A DNA stretch of 63,880 nt, filler included, from Octopus bimaculoides (Eukaryota): assembly GCF_001194135.2 (NCBI RefSeq). It is 8 parts of 7 records of this genome, joined end to end, with 100 filler letters (N's around TTAATTAATTAA, not from the genome) between each part and the next. Parts side by side here need not be neighbours in the genome. Positions count along the whole stretch, not along the records: positions 1 to 23,513 come from NC_068988.1; positions 23,614 to 42,400 come from NC_068987.1; 6 more parts are not named here. One strand, given 5' to 3'. This document shows positions 11,801-25,373 of the stretch, one piece after another. The notes under the pieces were generated by a model that saw only the letters and a program-made list of their open reading frames with translations, had not been told where the DNA came from and did no database searches. A program made the translations under genes and the position numbers. Every line of letters begins with the position of its first letter. The first letter of the stretch is position 1.

Positions 11801-12537
11801 GAACACGAGCGTTGTATTCTTTCTTGTCTTGAGGTTCACGGCCAAACGGCTGGGTGGATTCGCGTGAAAAATGGCACACATGAGGAGACGGGTGCATAGA
11901 TTGGAACGCGCTTTCTGTTTTTTTCCCTAACCCCCATACTTACAGAGAAAATCGATTAAAACAACCTGCGTGCGTGCGTGCGTGTATGTGAGTGTGTGTC
12001 ACTGAAGCCATTCATACATATATACATAATAAATAAACTGAATGATAGATNNNNNNNNNNNNNNNNNNNNNNNNNNNNNNNNNNNNNNNNNNNNNNNNNN
12101 NNNNNNNNNNNNNNNNNNNNNNNNNNNNNNNNNNNNNNNNNNNNNNNNNNNNNNNNNNNNNNNNNNNNNNNNNNNNNNNNNNNNNNNNNNNNNNNNNNNN
12201 NNNNNNNNNNNNNNNNNNNNNNNNNNNNNNNNNNNNNNNNNNNNNNNNNNNNNNNNNNNNNNNNNNNNNNNNNNNNNNNNNNNNNNNNNNNNNNNNNNNN
12301 NNNNNNNNNNNNNNNNNNNNNNNNNNNNNNNNNNNNNNNNNNNNNNNNNNNNNNNNNNNNNNNNNNNNNNNNNNNNNNNNNNNNNNNNNNNNNNNNNNNN
12401 NNNNNNNNNNNNNNNNNNNNNNNNNNNNNNNNNNNNNNNNNNNNNNNNNNNNNNNNNNNNNNNNNNNNNNNNNNNNNNNNNNNNNNNNNNNNNNNNNNNN
12501 NNNNNNNNNNNNNNNNNNNNNNNNNNNNNNNNNNNNN

Positions 12538-12573
<36 letters not shown>

Positions 12574-12862
12574 CATTTCATATATCTTCTTTCAATTTCT
12601 ACTCTCTGCAAATAAAATTTTTACGGATACAAATGCTTACAGAAATATGGATTAATGTATAATTTCTTTCTATGATCATAATTAAATCAATGATTAGACA
12701 GAGGGCCAATAGAATAGCTCTCAGAAACAGACTATGTACAAATTCGTTCTTCACAACTGAAGCTGTTTTCTGACAAGGGATGGGTGAGTCAGGAAATTTT
12801 CATACAGCTGGAGGCTCCAATCGAAACAGGAAACCCGAAATGATAAGGTTGAGAAACGCTGT

Positions 12863-12941
<79 letters not shown>

Positions 12942-12975
12942 TGTATGTATACATCTGCACAAATGTATATATATA

Positions 12976-13085
<110 letters not shown>

Positions 13086-13260
13086 TAATATATATAGATG
13101 TATATATATGCATGTATATATATAGATGTATATGTATACATGTATATGTATAGCTGTATATGTATATATGTAGATGTACATGTAATATGTACACATATAT
13201 ATTTACACATATACATGCACACATATATACACCCATACACACTCACGCACACATATACAT

Positions 13261-13590
13261 AGGTGCAGATGTGGCTGTGTGGTAAGAAACTTGTTTCCAA
13301 AACACATGGTCCTAGGTTCAGTACCACTGTGTGGTGACTTATCATGTCTTCTGCTATAGCCTCACACCAACCAAAGTATTGTGAGTGGATTTTGTAGACA
13401 GAAACTGAAAGAAATCAATCGTATATATATGTATGTATATATGTAAGTGTATGTGTATGTCTTTGTCTCTGTGTTTCTTCCTCATCACTGCTTCCCAACT
13501 GCTGTTCGTTTATTTACATCTCCATATCTTACTGGTTTGACAAGAAGAAACTGATAGAATAAGTACCAGGCTTATCAAAATTTAAAAAAA
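13261..13590 (+). mobile_element. tRNA-derived SINE family A copy
   Basis: aggtgcagatgtggctgtgtggtaagaaacttg...ggttcagtaccactgtgtgg...cttctgctatagcc...gtgagtggattttgtagacagaaactgaaag. Part of a duplicated segment (see findings). Confidence 0.85.
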
Positions 13591-13713
13591 TGCACTAGGC
13601 AGTGTCTCATATTTTTGTTTGCCCACTCAGTTGTATCTATCAATCTGTCTTTTTTTTGTATATATATATAATACACACACACACATACATGTATGTATAT
13701 GTGCATATTCATA

Positions 13714-13900
13714 TCTATTATATAAAAGTCAATGTCTTTATGTGTGTTCGTGCGTTACTTATACATTCGAAAACTACTGCACCGATCCTAATGAAATTTG
13801 GAACACAAAATCCAAGCCTAGGGAGAAGACTAATGCTGTGTGTTTCATACAATTTCATGGACCAAAATTACTGAATGGATCCTTATGATATTTGGAACTT
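13714..13900 (+). mobile_element. 5' end of a non-autonomous Helitron-like element
   Basis: A|TCTATTATATAAAAGTCAATGTC start and aaaactactgcaccgatcctaatgaaatttgg motif. Same family as 49948-50570. Confidence 0.55.
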
Positions 13901-14084
13901 TGCGGTTCGGCAAAAGAACGGATAAAATAGGTACTACACCTTAAAAAAAATGTCCTAGAGTCGATTTGTTCGACTTGAACCCTTCAAGACGGTACCTCAG
14001 CATGGCCGCAGTCAAATGACTGAAATAAATAAAAGATAAGAGAGGAAAAATACAGCTCAAGAGTAACAATTGCAGACGAACTAA

Positions 14085-14440
14085 TCGACAGAATCGGCTG
14101 CATCTTCTTTTTCTATGTATATTGTTCATTACCACTTCACCGGGAATCCAGTAGAGATGATGTTTAACCTATTCGCGCTATAGCAGGAATGCAGCATCAC
14201 AGGGTTAACAAATGACACAATGTAATGCAGTGCCAGTGATAAGATACGAACCACCAACTTGTGGTCGCATTATCGGCTGCCCTATCCATTTGGCCATCAA
14301 TTCTTCTCGCTCTTGTTACTTCTTTTTAAGCCTTTCTTCCGTGATTCCCTTTCTGACTCCCTCCTTATCTCTGTCACTGGACGCTAACATTAATAAAGGA
14401 TTATCTCATTTGTTAATCAGCAGCCAGCTGGCTCATTAAC
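14085..14440 (-). mobile_element. Possible RNase H fragment of an I-group LINE
   Basis: Frameshifted minus-strand translation LYWIPG....GNEQ resembles the WIPGH.GI.GNE.AD motif. Otherwise degenerate. Confidence 0.35.
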
Positions 14441-15229
14441 CAGTATTTAGCTGTATATTAGTGTGTGAAGGAGGCGGAGAGGAGATAAACCCTGTCGTCA
14501 TACAAATAATCTTCTTTATGTTTGGCGGTTAATTTTGCATGTGGAGAGTGTAGGTGGATTGTGTGGGGTGTATGTGAGTGTTATACTTGTGTAGGAAATG
14601 GGATGAGCGTGGTTTGTGTGCGAGGAGGGAGAGAGGGTTTAGTTTCAACAAGACAGTTAATCCCTCATTATGTCTATTGAGGTAAGAGGGCTGTGTGTAT
14701 GTGTGTGTGTGGACGTGGATGTTCGTGAATATGGATGCAAATTTGTGTGTAGGGATGCAAATGTTTGCCATGTGTGTGTGTGTACGTGTGTGTGTGTATG
14801 TGTGTGTGTGAGTGTGTGTAGGGATGCAAACGTTTGTGTGAGTGTGTGTATGTACGTGTTTGTGTGTGTTGTGTTTACTTTGGTATTCTCTGATAGCTTC
14901 CTTGTATTACCACGTTGAAGTGGTTTTCGTCTTAATTATACAGTGAAAAGATACGTTGTGAAATAATATTTGTCTCATCATCAGCTGCTTTAATAAACTA
15001 TCCCCCTTCTCTCTCTCTCTCTTCCTTTCTTCATTTTCTTTTTTTCTCTTCCTTCTTCTTTTCTTCTTTATCTCTCTAATCCCCGGATGTCCATCTTAAT
15101 TGGACGTTTTATCTGTGTTCAGTTGACCTACATTTTACTTTGCTGTTTTCTTATCCTTGGTCGTGTTGTTGTTTTGTAATCTTGTTGCAGTAGATGTTTT
15201 CGTTCTTTCTTTTGTCAATGTTATTGTTG

Positions 15230-15920
15230 TTGTTGTTATTGCTACGCTGTCGTTTAGCCCCCAAGTCAATTCAAATTAAACAGACTTACGATCAAAGAAC
15301 GTCTCTTTATTATTATTATTATTCAGGTATATCGTGCATTTAAAAAACTGCATTATTCAATATGTCCTCCCGCTTTATAAAAAAACAGTAAGGTGCTATT
15401 TGAGGAGTTCTTGGCTGCCATCACAAGTAGGTCAAGCAGCCCTGCAGGCTGCATGTTAACATCAGGTGTTAAACACACAGCATGAAGAGCGGATCTGCGA
15501 CTATCTTTAGTCAGATCCCCGGATCAATATTATTAAGAAAAAAAGAAATTAAATGTTCTGTAAAATATATATTGCGAGCATTTGATCAGGGTCGGAGCTT
15601 TACTAGAGCTGTAATTAATTCTAGTTCCGATTAGAGAATATTTTGATAATTCAACTAATGAAAAAGAAGCTTGTAAATTCATAGACAAAAAGACGTAAAT
15701 TTTATCCCCTTCACTTTGTCTATACACCCTGAACCAAATGACTTTTATCAAATTTGTGAGCGTGTTCGTCCGAATGGATTCTATTGATATGATAAAACGT
15801 AGTTGTAATTATTGTTGGTGATGGTGATCATCTTGTTTTATTCTCCTGCATACTAGTATTGCTGATGTTGATGAAGTTGATGCCTCTGATGATGATGTTG
15901 AAGACGACGACGACGACGAC

Positions 15921-15974
<54 letters not shown>

Positions 15975-16530
15975 ACTCTGTTGTTTTTTTTGCTTAGCTC
16001 CAGGTCAGCCATGGTGAAGCACACTTATATTCAAAGGTGTTCAAGCTCTTATCATCTCATGTTTCTTTTTATTATTTGTGTGTGTGTGTAAGGATTACGC
16101 TGTCCAATGTAAATGCAAACGTCTTTATTTAAGACAGCGAGATGTGATTTAAAAGAGATATTAGAGCTATTTCTAGCAGGTTATTATTATTGGTGTTGTT
16201 ATTTGTTAACAGTTTTATACATAAAGATATATAAATACATGAAATAACGATTTGTGTTGTTTTTTTCCCCAGAGTAATATAGTATAGTGTAAAAGGTGAT
16301 GGTGATAGTAGTAGTGATGGTGTGGCGATGGAAGCGGCACGGTGGTTGTGGTAGTGGTGGCGGCAGTGGTGTTGGTGGTGGCGGTGGGTAAGCCTATGAT
16401 CAGATGCGTTATTTTTCTAGGACTACTTCATCGACTGTGTCCTTCCCATTTTTGTAAGATGCTGAATTTAATTTGAAGGGAATTCGATAGCTATTTCTAG
16501 CAGCTGAACGATTATAAAGACTAGTGATTC
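15230..16530. repeat. Several decayed copies of a third dispersed repeat family, interleaved with (GAT)n/(GAC)n/(GGT)n tracts
   Basis: Recurring motifs gtttagcccca.gtca.c and gatttggctgctatttctagcagg at ~15250-15440, 15990-16175 and 16390-16505; also ~8110-8180, 17350-17420 and 53870-53900. Confidence 0.55.
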
Positions 16531-17959
16531 CCAAAGTGAGCTGTATTGCCCACCACCACCACCACCACCGGGTATGGCGAGAAAATCTAGTGAGCGTTGA
16601 AGAAAATATGGGGGTGATAATGTGGTAGCCAAAAAGGAGCTATGGGTGCAAAAACAACAAAATAATGTGATAATTAGGTTATGCTTTATTTATAAAATAC
16701 CGTTGTTTTGAATTTGCTGCAGTGTGTAGTCTACATTTGTGGCGGTGAGTGGGGGATGCTAGGAATGTGGCCTGAGTGCCAAGGGGACGGCAACCCGAAA
16801 AAGTCTGGGAACCATTGATATAGACCGCGGGTGATTAAGGGAATAAAATTTCTTGCCCGCAGGTAAAAATTTCTCCCACATCTAATTCTGAAGCTGCTCA
16901 CGAACTGAGTTGTTTAAAAACTTGCATTGAAACCAATACCGTTCTAACCTTAAAACCCAAAATAGTAACTTAATATAATTTTCTTTCAATGCCGTATAAA
17001 GGTATTTATAGCATTATGCCACTCTGGTTAATTAATGTATTTATAGAGAATATTTTAATTAATGAGATTGCGTGCGTAAATTTGTTACATTCTTCATTAT
17101 TTTTCTCAGTAGAGATGTATCCCACAGGTTGTTTATGCATTTGAAATTCGCCCCTGGCACAAAAGAAAAAGAAAGGTTCCTCTCACCTCACGTAAAGCCC
17201 CCTTGGTTCATTGTGATGTTGAGATGTGTACTAGTGAAAAGATGTAGAACTAAGGTAATAACGTTATATATACGTCACGGTATTTTAGGGAAATGAGATG
17301 TCTATTATTATTGTTGTTGTTATTACTGTTGTTGCAGTTACTGCTGTTGTTGTATAAACACATGTCAAACCTGATCAATTAGACCTACCATTAAAGCGTT
17401 CCAACCGTGATCGTTACGTCTTGTATCTCTAGAAGTATGCAGAGAATAATAAATATAGCCCATGATAATGTATAATAACATCTCACAATACTTTTATATA
17501 CTTTCTGTAAAGCTTGTTAAGCCAATGCACCTGTGACAATGTATACCGACCATTATAAATAGTATATATGAAAAGATGCTTCGATTTTGACACCAATAAA
17601 ATAATATACAGAAATAATACACACATAGAAGATAAATGGTATAATTATACGAACAATGGAGTTGAGGTCACAAATGAACTCAAAGGAAGTTAATGTCACC
17701 TATACCCAATAGGAGTAAATGTTAGTAATAGAAATGAGTACTGAGTTCTACAAGTTTGTCAATGGTGTATACACATATATGAAGCATCGGTCTAATAAAA
17801 GATTGGTTAGAAAAGTGATAATTATGCAAGTTTGTTGATGAAATAGCGCACTAGATGGTTGATCCAAAATCTGATCACGTTGCCATTTCTCATAAAGTCA
17901 GTCTTTCAGGCGTTAGACAGTTGTTGACAAAAACGGACTATATCAATTTAAAGATCTAT

Positions 17960-18260
17960 GTTAGAGTTTTTTTGAAGTGCAAGGAATATAACAACATGTT
18001 GCAGAGTATCTTGTAATGAGTGCAAGCATCTTTTATCAGATCCTCGATTCGACCCAAGTTTGTTAGCGGGCAACAGTGTGGAAGTCTGTATGATGGATTG
18101 TACGTGTTATTCAAAGGCCCATCTTTATACCTCAGCGACACGCTGGATGTGTGTGGGAGTTATGTTAAGAGTACACTTGTCCGAGAAATGTTCACTGCAG
18201 TTACCGTGGAGAAAATTTTCTCTTATAGTAAAAAGTTGTAAAAACACCATAACTATTTTA
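17960..18260 (-). mobile_element. Decayed L2/CR1-group LINE ORF2 C-terminal fragment
   Basis: Minus-strand peptides FLHGNCSEH and RLPH..PLTNL resemble FY.Y.HG.CS.EL and LP..VFP...NL..FK. Confidence 0.35.
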
Positions 18261-18659
18261 GTTAAAGCTCTAGCTTTAATAAGATCTTCCCAGAGTTGCC
18301 TCTCTTGAGTGTTTCCCATTGATAACAGCTAAGGAGCTAGAAACATCGATGTTTAGGAATCCTGATAGATAGCAACACTGGACAGATATGGTGTTTTTAC
18401 GCCTTTTTATCATAACAGAAACTGCGGTGAATGTGAATTTGCCTTTTAGCAGTTGAAATATGTTACAAACATATTCTAACTAAGCTAAACGTTATTGATG
18501 CCTAAGCTGTTCGNNNNNNNNNNNNNNNNNNNNNNNNNNNNNNNNNNNNNNNNNNNNNNNNNNNNNNNNNNNNNNNNNNNNNNNNNNNNNNNNNNNNNNN
18601 NNNNNNNNNNNNTATATATATATATATGTAAAATATATATATATATATATATATAATAC

Positions 18660-19140
18660 ACATTAAGTACAGGGCATCACCAACGAGCGAAAAACACGTA
18701 AGCACACGAAAAATAAGTACAGGACAAAATATCAAAAAATGCACAATAAGAACAGAACAACAACGAGTGAAAATACGTAAAGACATAACGAGAGACGAGT
18801 ACAGGACAAATTAGCAAAAGAAGTCAAACTACTCCTCAGTTGTCAACGGCTTATTACTCCCTATTTCGAGCTTTCAACGATAAGATAGGAAAACTTCATA
18901 AGAGAGAGGCATCCAGCAATTTTAAAAATATGAAATTCGTGGAGCGTTAGGGTTTCGAACGAACAAACAGCATCGAAACAGTCTGATTCGGATTCCGTGC
19001 TACTTCAAGTTTTGCAGGCCCCTAACGGAGCCTATCTCTTCGGACTGGTGTCCACCAGCCTGAGGAGACAGGCTCCGTTAAAGACTTCGAAACTTGAATT
19101 AGTATAGAATCCGAATCAAAGTATTTTGAATAGTACATAT
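18660..19140. mobile_element. Penelope-type pLTR-like segment ending in an inverted duplication with two hammerhead-like motifs
   Basis: 18780-18900 is similar to 62740-62860 (ctcctcagttgtc..cggc.ttatt.actcc..atttcgagc.ttcaacga). 18985-19117 is an imperfect palindrome. Confidence 0.55.
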
Positions 19141-19413
19141 AAATAATACAATAAATGTGTTAAGTGTCCTTTCTTTCGTTTATCCACTCCCTCATACATA
19201 TATGTGTATTGGGTGTTTTGGGGGCTATTACAGCCCCGTTGGCATATATGTATACAATTCTGTGCTTTTATTACAGCATTAGAGCATTTTAGCTCCTATT
19301 TCTAGCAGTGAAGGTATCTTGACGACCTTGGTCTCTATTTAGTGACAATTATAGTTTTCCTTTATAGTAAAACATTGCGTATGGCTGTTTATATTAATTT
19401 TTACATATGCGCA

Positions 19414-19461
<48 letters not shown>

Positions 19462-20269
19462 AGTGAGTATTCAATACCGGAGTTACAGAATAAGGAATTT
19501 CACTCTAATTAAAAGCAACTAGAATTCAATTATATGCACACACACACGCAAGGTAGATACATACATACATACATATGCATAAAATATAAATTTATATATA
19601 TACGCACGTAACACATTTATATATATATATATATATATACACATAAATATATGTACGCATATATATATACACATGTATATATGTATACTTATACGTGGAG
19701 GTGTGGTGTCGCTGCGTTATGAATTAAGCACTCGCCACCTCATATTATTAGACAAGTGTTTAGATATCCAATATACATGAGTTTTTAATGAGCTCCAGGT
19801 CTATTGAAAACATCAAATTGCTAACAGATCCATTGAATGAAGGAGAAAAACTGCGAAGTGTGCCTAATTTGAAACTAATACTTGAAGTTAATTGCCCCAC
19901 ACCTTCTAAAGAACTGCAGTGGTTGACAAGATTAGTGATGCAAGTATTCTTGGATCGAACAACAGTCTATCGCAGATAACATTTCGGAAAACTACGGGGT
20001 GGCAGCGCCAAGCAGTGATGAGTATAAATACAAGGTTATTAACAGTTCAAATATGTTAGGAGAATATTCGGACCCGCAAGAAAGCCATTCAGTATTTGTC
20101 ATGGATAAAATTTCACGCCGTAGACTAATGGTGTAAATACACCAAAATCAGCTGGCAGCACCAGCTACTCAGATTGTAGGATGAAAGTATTTCGCAATAA
20201 TTATCTTCTCTTCAGTCACAGAAACTGGACTTGCTCCCTGCGAGCCGACAAGAGAGATTGTCTCTCTTA

Positions 20270-20315
<46 letters not shown>

Positions 20316-20319
20316 TTTT

Positions 20320-20530
20320 ATTCTTTTACCTATTTCAGTCGTTTGACTGTGGCCATGCTGGAACAGCGCCTTAAAAGGTTTTACTCGATAAAAATCGAGC
20401 CTAGGACATATTCTTTGTAAACTTAGTACTTATTCTTATTCTATCGATTTCTTTAGCCGAACCACTAATTATGGAGACGTAAACACACCAACAACGGTTG
20501 TCAAGAGATGGTGGGGGGACAAACACAGAC
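20320..20530 (-). mobile_element. SINE family A 3' half
   Basis: ttcagtcgtttgactgtggccatgctggaacagcgcc...ggagacgtaaacacaccaacaacggttgtcaag. Further partial copies at ~13901-14035 (+), 21650-21838 (+), 31085-31150 (+), 55130-55215 (-) and 61945-62047 (-). Confidence 0.8.
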
Positions 20531-22406
20531 ACGCACACACACACACACACGTATATATATATGCAAAAAAAGTTTATATAAACAGCTAGGTGCAATATAA
20601 TACCATAAAGGAGAAATTCAATCGTCACTAAATATGATTAAAGGTGCCAAGACACCCAAATTGCTAAAAATAGGAGTAAAATACTCTTTGTGCTGTAGGA
20701 AGAGCGCAAATGTATACACATACGTTATTTTATATATGTGTATATGTATATATATATATATNNNNNNNNNNNNNNNNNNNNNNNNNNNNNNNNNNNNNNN
20801 NNNNNNNNNNNNNNNNNNNNNNNNNNNNNNNNNNNNNNNNNNNNNNNNNNNNNNNNNNNNNNNNNNNNNNNNNNNNNNNNNNNNNNNNNNNNNNNNNNNN
20901 NNNNNNNNNNNNNNNNNNNNNNNNNNNNNNNNNNNNNNNNNNNNNNNNNNNNNNNNNNNNNNNNNNNNNNNNNNNNNNNNNNNNNNNNNNNNNNNNNNNN
21001 NNNNNNNNNNNNNNNNNNNNNNNNNNNNNNNNNNNNNNNNNNNNNNNNNNNNNNNNNNNNNNNNNNNNNNNNNNNNNNNNNNNNNNNNNNNNNNNNNNNN
21101 NNNNNNNNNNNNNNNNNNNNNNNNNNNNNNNNNNNNNNNNNNNNNNNNNNNNNNNNNNNNNNNNNNNNNNNNNNNNNNNNNNNNNNNNNNNNNNNNNNNN
21201 NNNNNNNNNNNNNNNNNNNNNNNNNNNNNNNNNNNNNNNNNNNNNNNNNNNNNNNNNNNNNNNNNNNNNNNNNNNNNNNNNNNNNNNNNNNNNNNNNNNN
21301 NNNNNNNNNNNNNNNNNNNNNNNNNNNNNNNNNNNNNNNNNNNNNNNNNNNNNNNNNNNNNNNNNNNNNNNNNNNNNNNNNNNNNNNNNNNNNNNNNNNN
21401 NNNNNNNNNNNNNNNNNNNNNNNNNNNNNNNNNNNNNNNNNNNNNNNNNNNNNNNNNNNNNNNNNNNNNNNNNNNNNNNNNNNNNNNNNNNNNNNNNNNN
21501 NNNNNNNNNNNNNNNNNNNNNNNNNNNNNNNNNNNNNNNNNNNNNNNNNNNNNNNNNNNNNNNNNNNNTATATATATATATATATATATACATACATACA
21601 TACATATAGATGTGTGTGTGTGTGTGTGTGTGTGTGTATGCGTTTGTGTTTGTTCTTCTGTAACTTCATAACCGGTGCTGGTTTGTTCGGGTCCCTGTAA
21701 CTTAGTGCTTAGATATAAAAAGTATCACACCTAAAAACAAGTACTGGGGTCGATTTGTCTGGCTAAATTCCTAAATTCTTCAAAGCAGTGCCCCATCATG
21801 GCCGCATTTCAATGATCAATACAAGTAAAAGATAAAAGGGTCTGATGGATAATGTACTGTACTCCAATCTCCTGATTCTTCTTAGATTTACTTATACAAC
21901 TAAAAGTTTGATTTTCTTTTATACAGGTCAACCAATCGACCATTAATGAAAAAATACACTGCCGGATTGGAAGCATTTTAAAAATAAATGTTCATCCTGT
22001 CATAATGGAGATGTTTTTTTTTTGTTTTGTTTTTTTTTTAATAAGCGATCTTTATTCTGTAACGGGAAGGAAACGTCTTTGAATGAAATGCGCTTCCTGA
22101 AATAACAAAACCGTTTTAAAAATAAGTTGTCTTTATATTATAACGGAATGGAGATATCTGTAAGATAAGTGATCTGTCTATCATAATGGAATGAAAAAGT
22201 ATTTAAAGTAAGTGAGTCGTCGAACAAAAGGACGCAATTGAAGAACGATCGTCACCAGCCAAACAAGCGATGAGAATATGTAAAAAGAAAGATCAGAGGT
22301 GTCCAGCGGACATCGATCTCTTTCTTGCTGTTGTCGACATATGAATCTGATCTGAATTCTGCTATCTGTTTGTTTGCGTGTGTGTGCGTGCGTGTGTGTG
22401 TATGTG

Positions 22407-22448
<42 letters not shown>

Positions 22449-22539
22449 ACTGGATATCGAGCAGGAACGCCGTTAAACTAATATCATACTGAAGTATTCA
22501 AACTCGCTAAAGAGACACCCGATAAGTATGAAACTGCAT

Positions 22540-22745
22540 ATGACAGCTAGTAAGAAGGAGGCGGAGGAAGAGGGGCGGTGGGGAAGCATAGGAGGACGAA
22601 GAAGGGTAGCTTGAGGGGAAGTAGGGAAGTGTAGGAGGAGGAGGAGGAGGAGGAGGACGAGGAGGTAGAAGGGAAGGAGGGTGTAGTAGAAAAAGTGGAG
22701 GTGGAGGGAAAGGAGAAGAAAACAGCCTGAGACAAAAAGAAAAGA
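22540..22745. repeat. Purine-rich (GGA)n/GA low-complexity tract
   Basis: Direct read. Produces the spurious Pro/Ser-rich ORFs on the minus strand. Confidence 0.9.
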
Positions 22746-23149
22746 CAGAAGAACAAACCAGGCAGGGTTCTTCTCCTTTGTTTGAATCCACTTATGGCCA
22801 TCTTCAGGGCTGTGTTGTTATGATTGGGTAACAAAGTGTTAATGGCTGCATTAGTGAATAGCGAGGAAATGGATGAAAAAAAGAAAAGACAACGGTTGAA
22901 CTTATACACGTCTGTTCTGAATTACAACTATAGCTTCAGAGAAGGGTTTATTATAGTGATGAGCTGGTTTGATAAGGAGAGAGATTAGTTATAATGTTCA
23001 CGTAATGTATAGATATATTAATAACAAGATCTGACGCGGAGGAGGGAGTTGAAGTTTTAGCATGTGGAATAACGGATATCTAACATTAAATAACATTAAA
23101 TACTGGAGTCTGCCTATAAAAACACACATGTACATATACGCGCGCGCGT

Positions 23150-23184
<35 letters not shown>

Positions 23185-23266
23185 AACACAGACACACACA
23201 TATACGCACTCTCGCAGACACCAGATTATATGCACATACACACTCTAACGCGCATAGATGTATATA

Positions 23267-23502
23267 CTGGGTGTTCAAAAGGTCTCTCCGCAGTAAGTAT
23301 CTTATTGCAAAATAAATATTTATAAGATGGTATAAGACTACAAAATAATATATTAGACCTTACGAGACTTTAAAAAACTTTATAAGCGGTGCTGAAAGTG
23401 TCGTTCTTCATTTTCAATACATAAGTTGACTCTTCTACACACGGTTTGAAATGCATCTTGGATGAAAAAAATTCACTGCAAAGAGACTTTTTGAACATCC
23501 TG
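23267..23502 (-). mobile_element. Internally deleted Tc1/mariner (maT-like) element
   Basis: TA-flanked TIRs CTGGGTGTTCAAAAGGTCTCT..GCAG / CAGGATGTTCAAAAAGTCTCT..GCAG. Minus-strand remnant QDAFQTVCRRVNLCIENEERHFQHRL* matches the transposase C-terminus (R...CI...G.HF.H.L). Confidence 0.8.
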
Positions 23503-23613
23503 TATATATAAATNNNNNNNNNNNNNNNNNNNNNNNNNNNNNNNNNNNNNNNNNNNNTTAATTAATTAANNNNNNNNNNNNNNNNNNNNNNNNNNNNNNN
23601 NNNNNNNNNNNNN

Positions 23614-23673
23614 GTTGCTACGGCTGTTGTTGCTACGGCTGTTGTTGCTACGGCTGTTGTTGCTACGGCTGTT
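23614..23673. repeat. 15-bp minisatellite GTTGCTACGGCTGTT x4, cut by a gap
   Basis: Four exact units, directly read. Confidence 0.95.
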
Positions 23674-23725
23674 GTTGTTGCTGCTGCTGTGGTCATTGTT
23701 GGTATTGTTGTTGTCGTGATGTATG

Positions 23726-23777
<52 letters not shown>

Positions 23778-23838
23778 GAGAAAGAGAGTGTGAGAGAGAA
23801 ACAGAGACAGACAGAGACAGACAGATAGACAGACAGAC

Positions 23839-23870
<32 letters not shown>

Positions 23871-25373
23871 TGATTTAGATAAATATAAATATATATTTAG
23901 ATGTGTGTATGCGTGTGTGCGCACGCGTGCGTACTGTAGTCGATCTCTTTAACTCGCTCTTCTCTAAAAAAATCATTAGCTTAGTACATGTGTAAAAATG
24001 AATAGCTTTGCGATTTTCTATGAAACTAAGTCTCTGGAGCAAATGATAGGCGTGAGGATGGTCTCTTACTGAAACCACTTCGTTACACTTATACAACCTA
24101 TTCTCTTGGTAACTTTATCCATTTCTTAAAATATAAAGCTTTAGTACGTAGTTTCAAAAACAAAATCAATAATTTTACAAGTTTTAATGATGCTACAGAT
24201 AGTCTCCCAGCTAGATACTATTTATCAGCTGCTGTCAAATATTGTTTAAGCTATAACTGATATTATCACTGCCTGGTCTCACGTTCTCTATCACAACTAT
24301 TACTACTATCATTACTTGTCTTATTTCCGCCACCTCCGTCACTACTACTATTAGCATTTACTCATTTATTTTAAAGTCCAATTTGCGACTACTTTAACTT
24401 GATGGAATCACTTAAGAGAAAATGAAGTCGTTTCTGTGAAACCATAGCACCAATTACTTTTTACTGAAGACATGCTGGCAGAATACATCAATAATAAATA
24501 CTAATTAGCAACCATTTTTCCTGACGCTTAATTTACAATTAAACATTTCTGAATATTTTATACTTGCAATCAATTCCAATTTGTATCACTGTCATATATA
24601 TAATTTTTATATTTATTTATTTAGAATTGCTCAATCACATACAGGTGAAGTGAAATATATTTTTAAACAAAAGGTCAATATTGATTAGCTTAAGTAAGTG
24701 AAGGCTTACTAATCGAATGAATAGGTTCGAGTATCCAAGTATATTACAGGTACTTTATTGTATTGATCTCGAAAAGAAGAGCTGTAGCAAAGTTATAAAA
24801 GTTATAAATGCAGCTATTTTTAAGTTAGAATTTATTGTCAAGCAATAATACTGATATTCTACCACTACTGTCATCTTTACCATGTTCACATACCTCTACG
24901 TAATCGTTTAACATGCAAGAAATAGTAGTTAGTTCTCCTTCACATCACCTCTTACAATTTCAAAACCAAAGAGACATTCGGTCATGCAGGCTCAGATATA
25001 TGTAATCAACAAGCTGGACAAGTATTGAACCGGATAATGAGTATAGGATGAGTAAATAAATATTTTTCGTAAAACAGAACGCTGCTTAGCAAAACAGGTT
25101 AGGATAACGCAAGTGACAAGTAGCAGAATGACTATTTAATTGACCAATGAAAAACGAGTTACAGATCAACAATCTCGCTTAAACAACGTCTGAAGACATA
25201 AAACAGACTACTGCGAAGACAAAGGTCAATAATATAAGAATCAACAAACTGACGAGTAAACGACAGCTAAAGACAGCATCTAACTAAAAAATTTGAAATC
25301 AGTCAGTGGAAACTATAGACAGAAGTTCTGATAATGTGTATAAAACTATACTGAACACCACGGAACAAATGTA

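Noticed and set aside
18815-18885. GAAA preceding CTGAGGA on the minus strand (also 62790-62830) as a type II hammerhead
   Set aside because: Stem II and stem III partners do not pair, and the CTG is consumed in another hairpin.
19788-20200. Complex sequence with a 63-aa ORF
   Set aside because: No motif recognised in any frame; probably an old TE fragment but it cannot be classified by eye.
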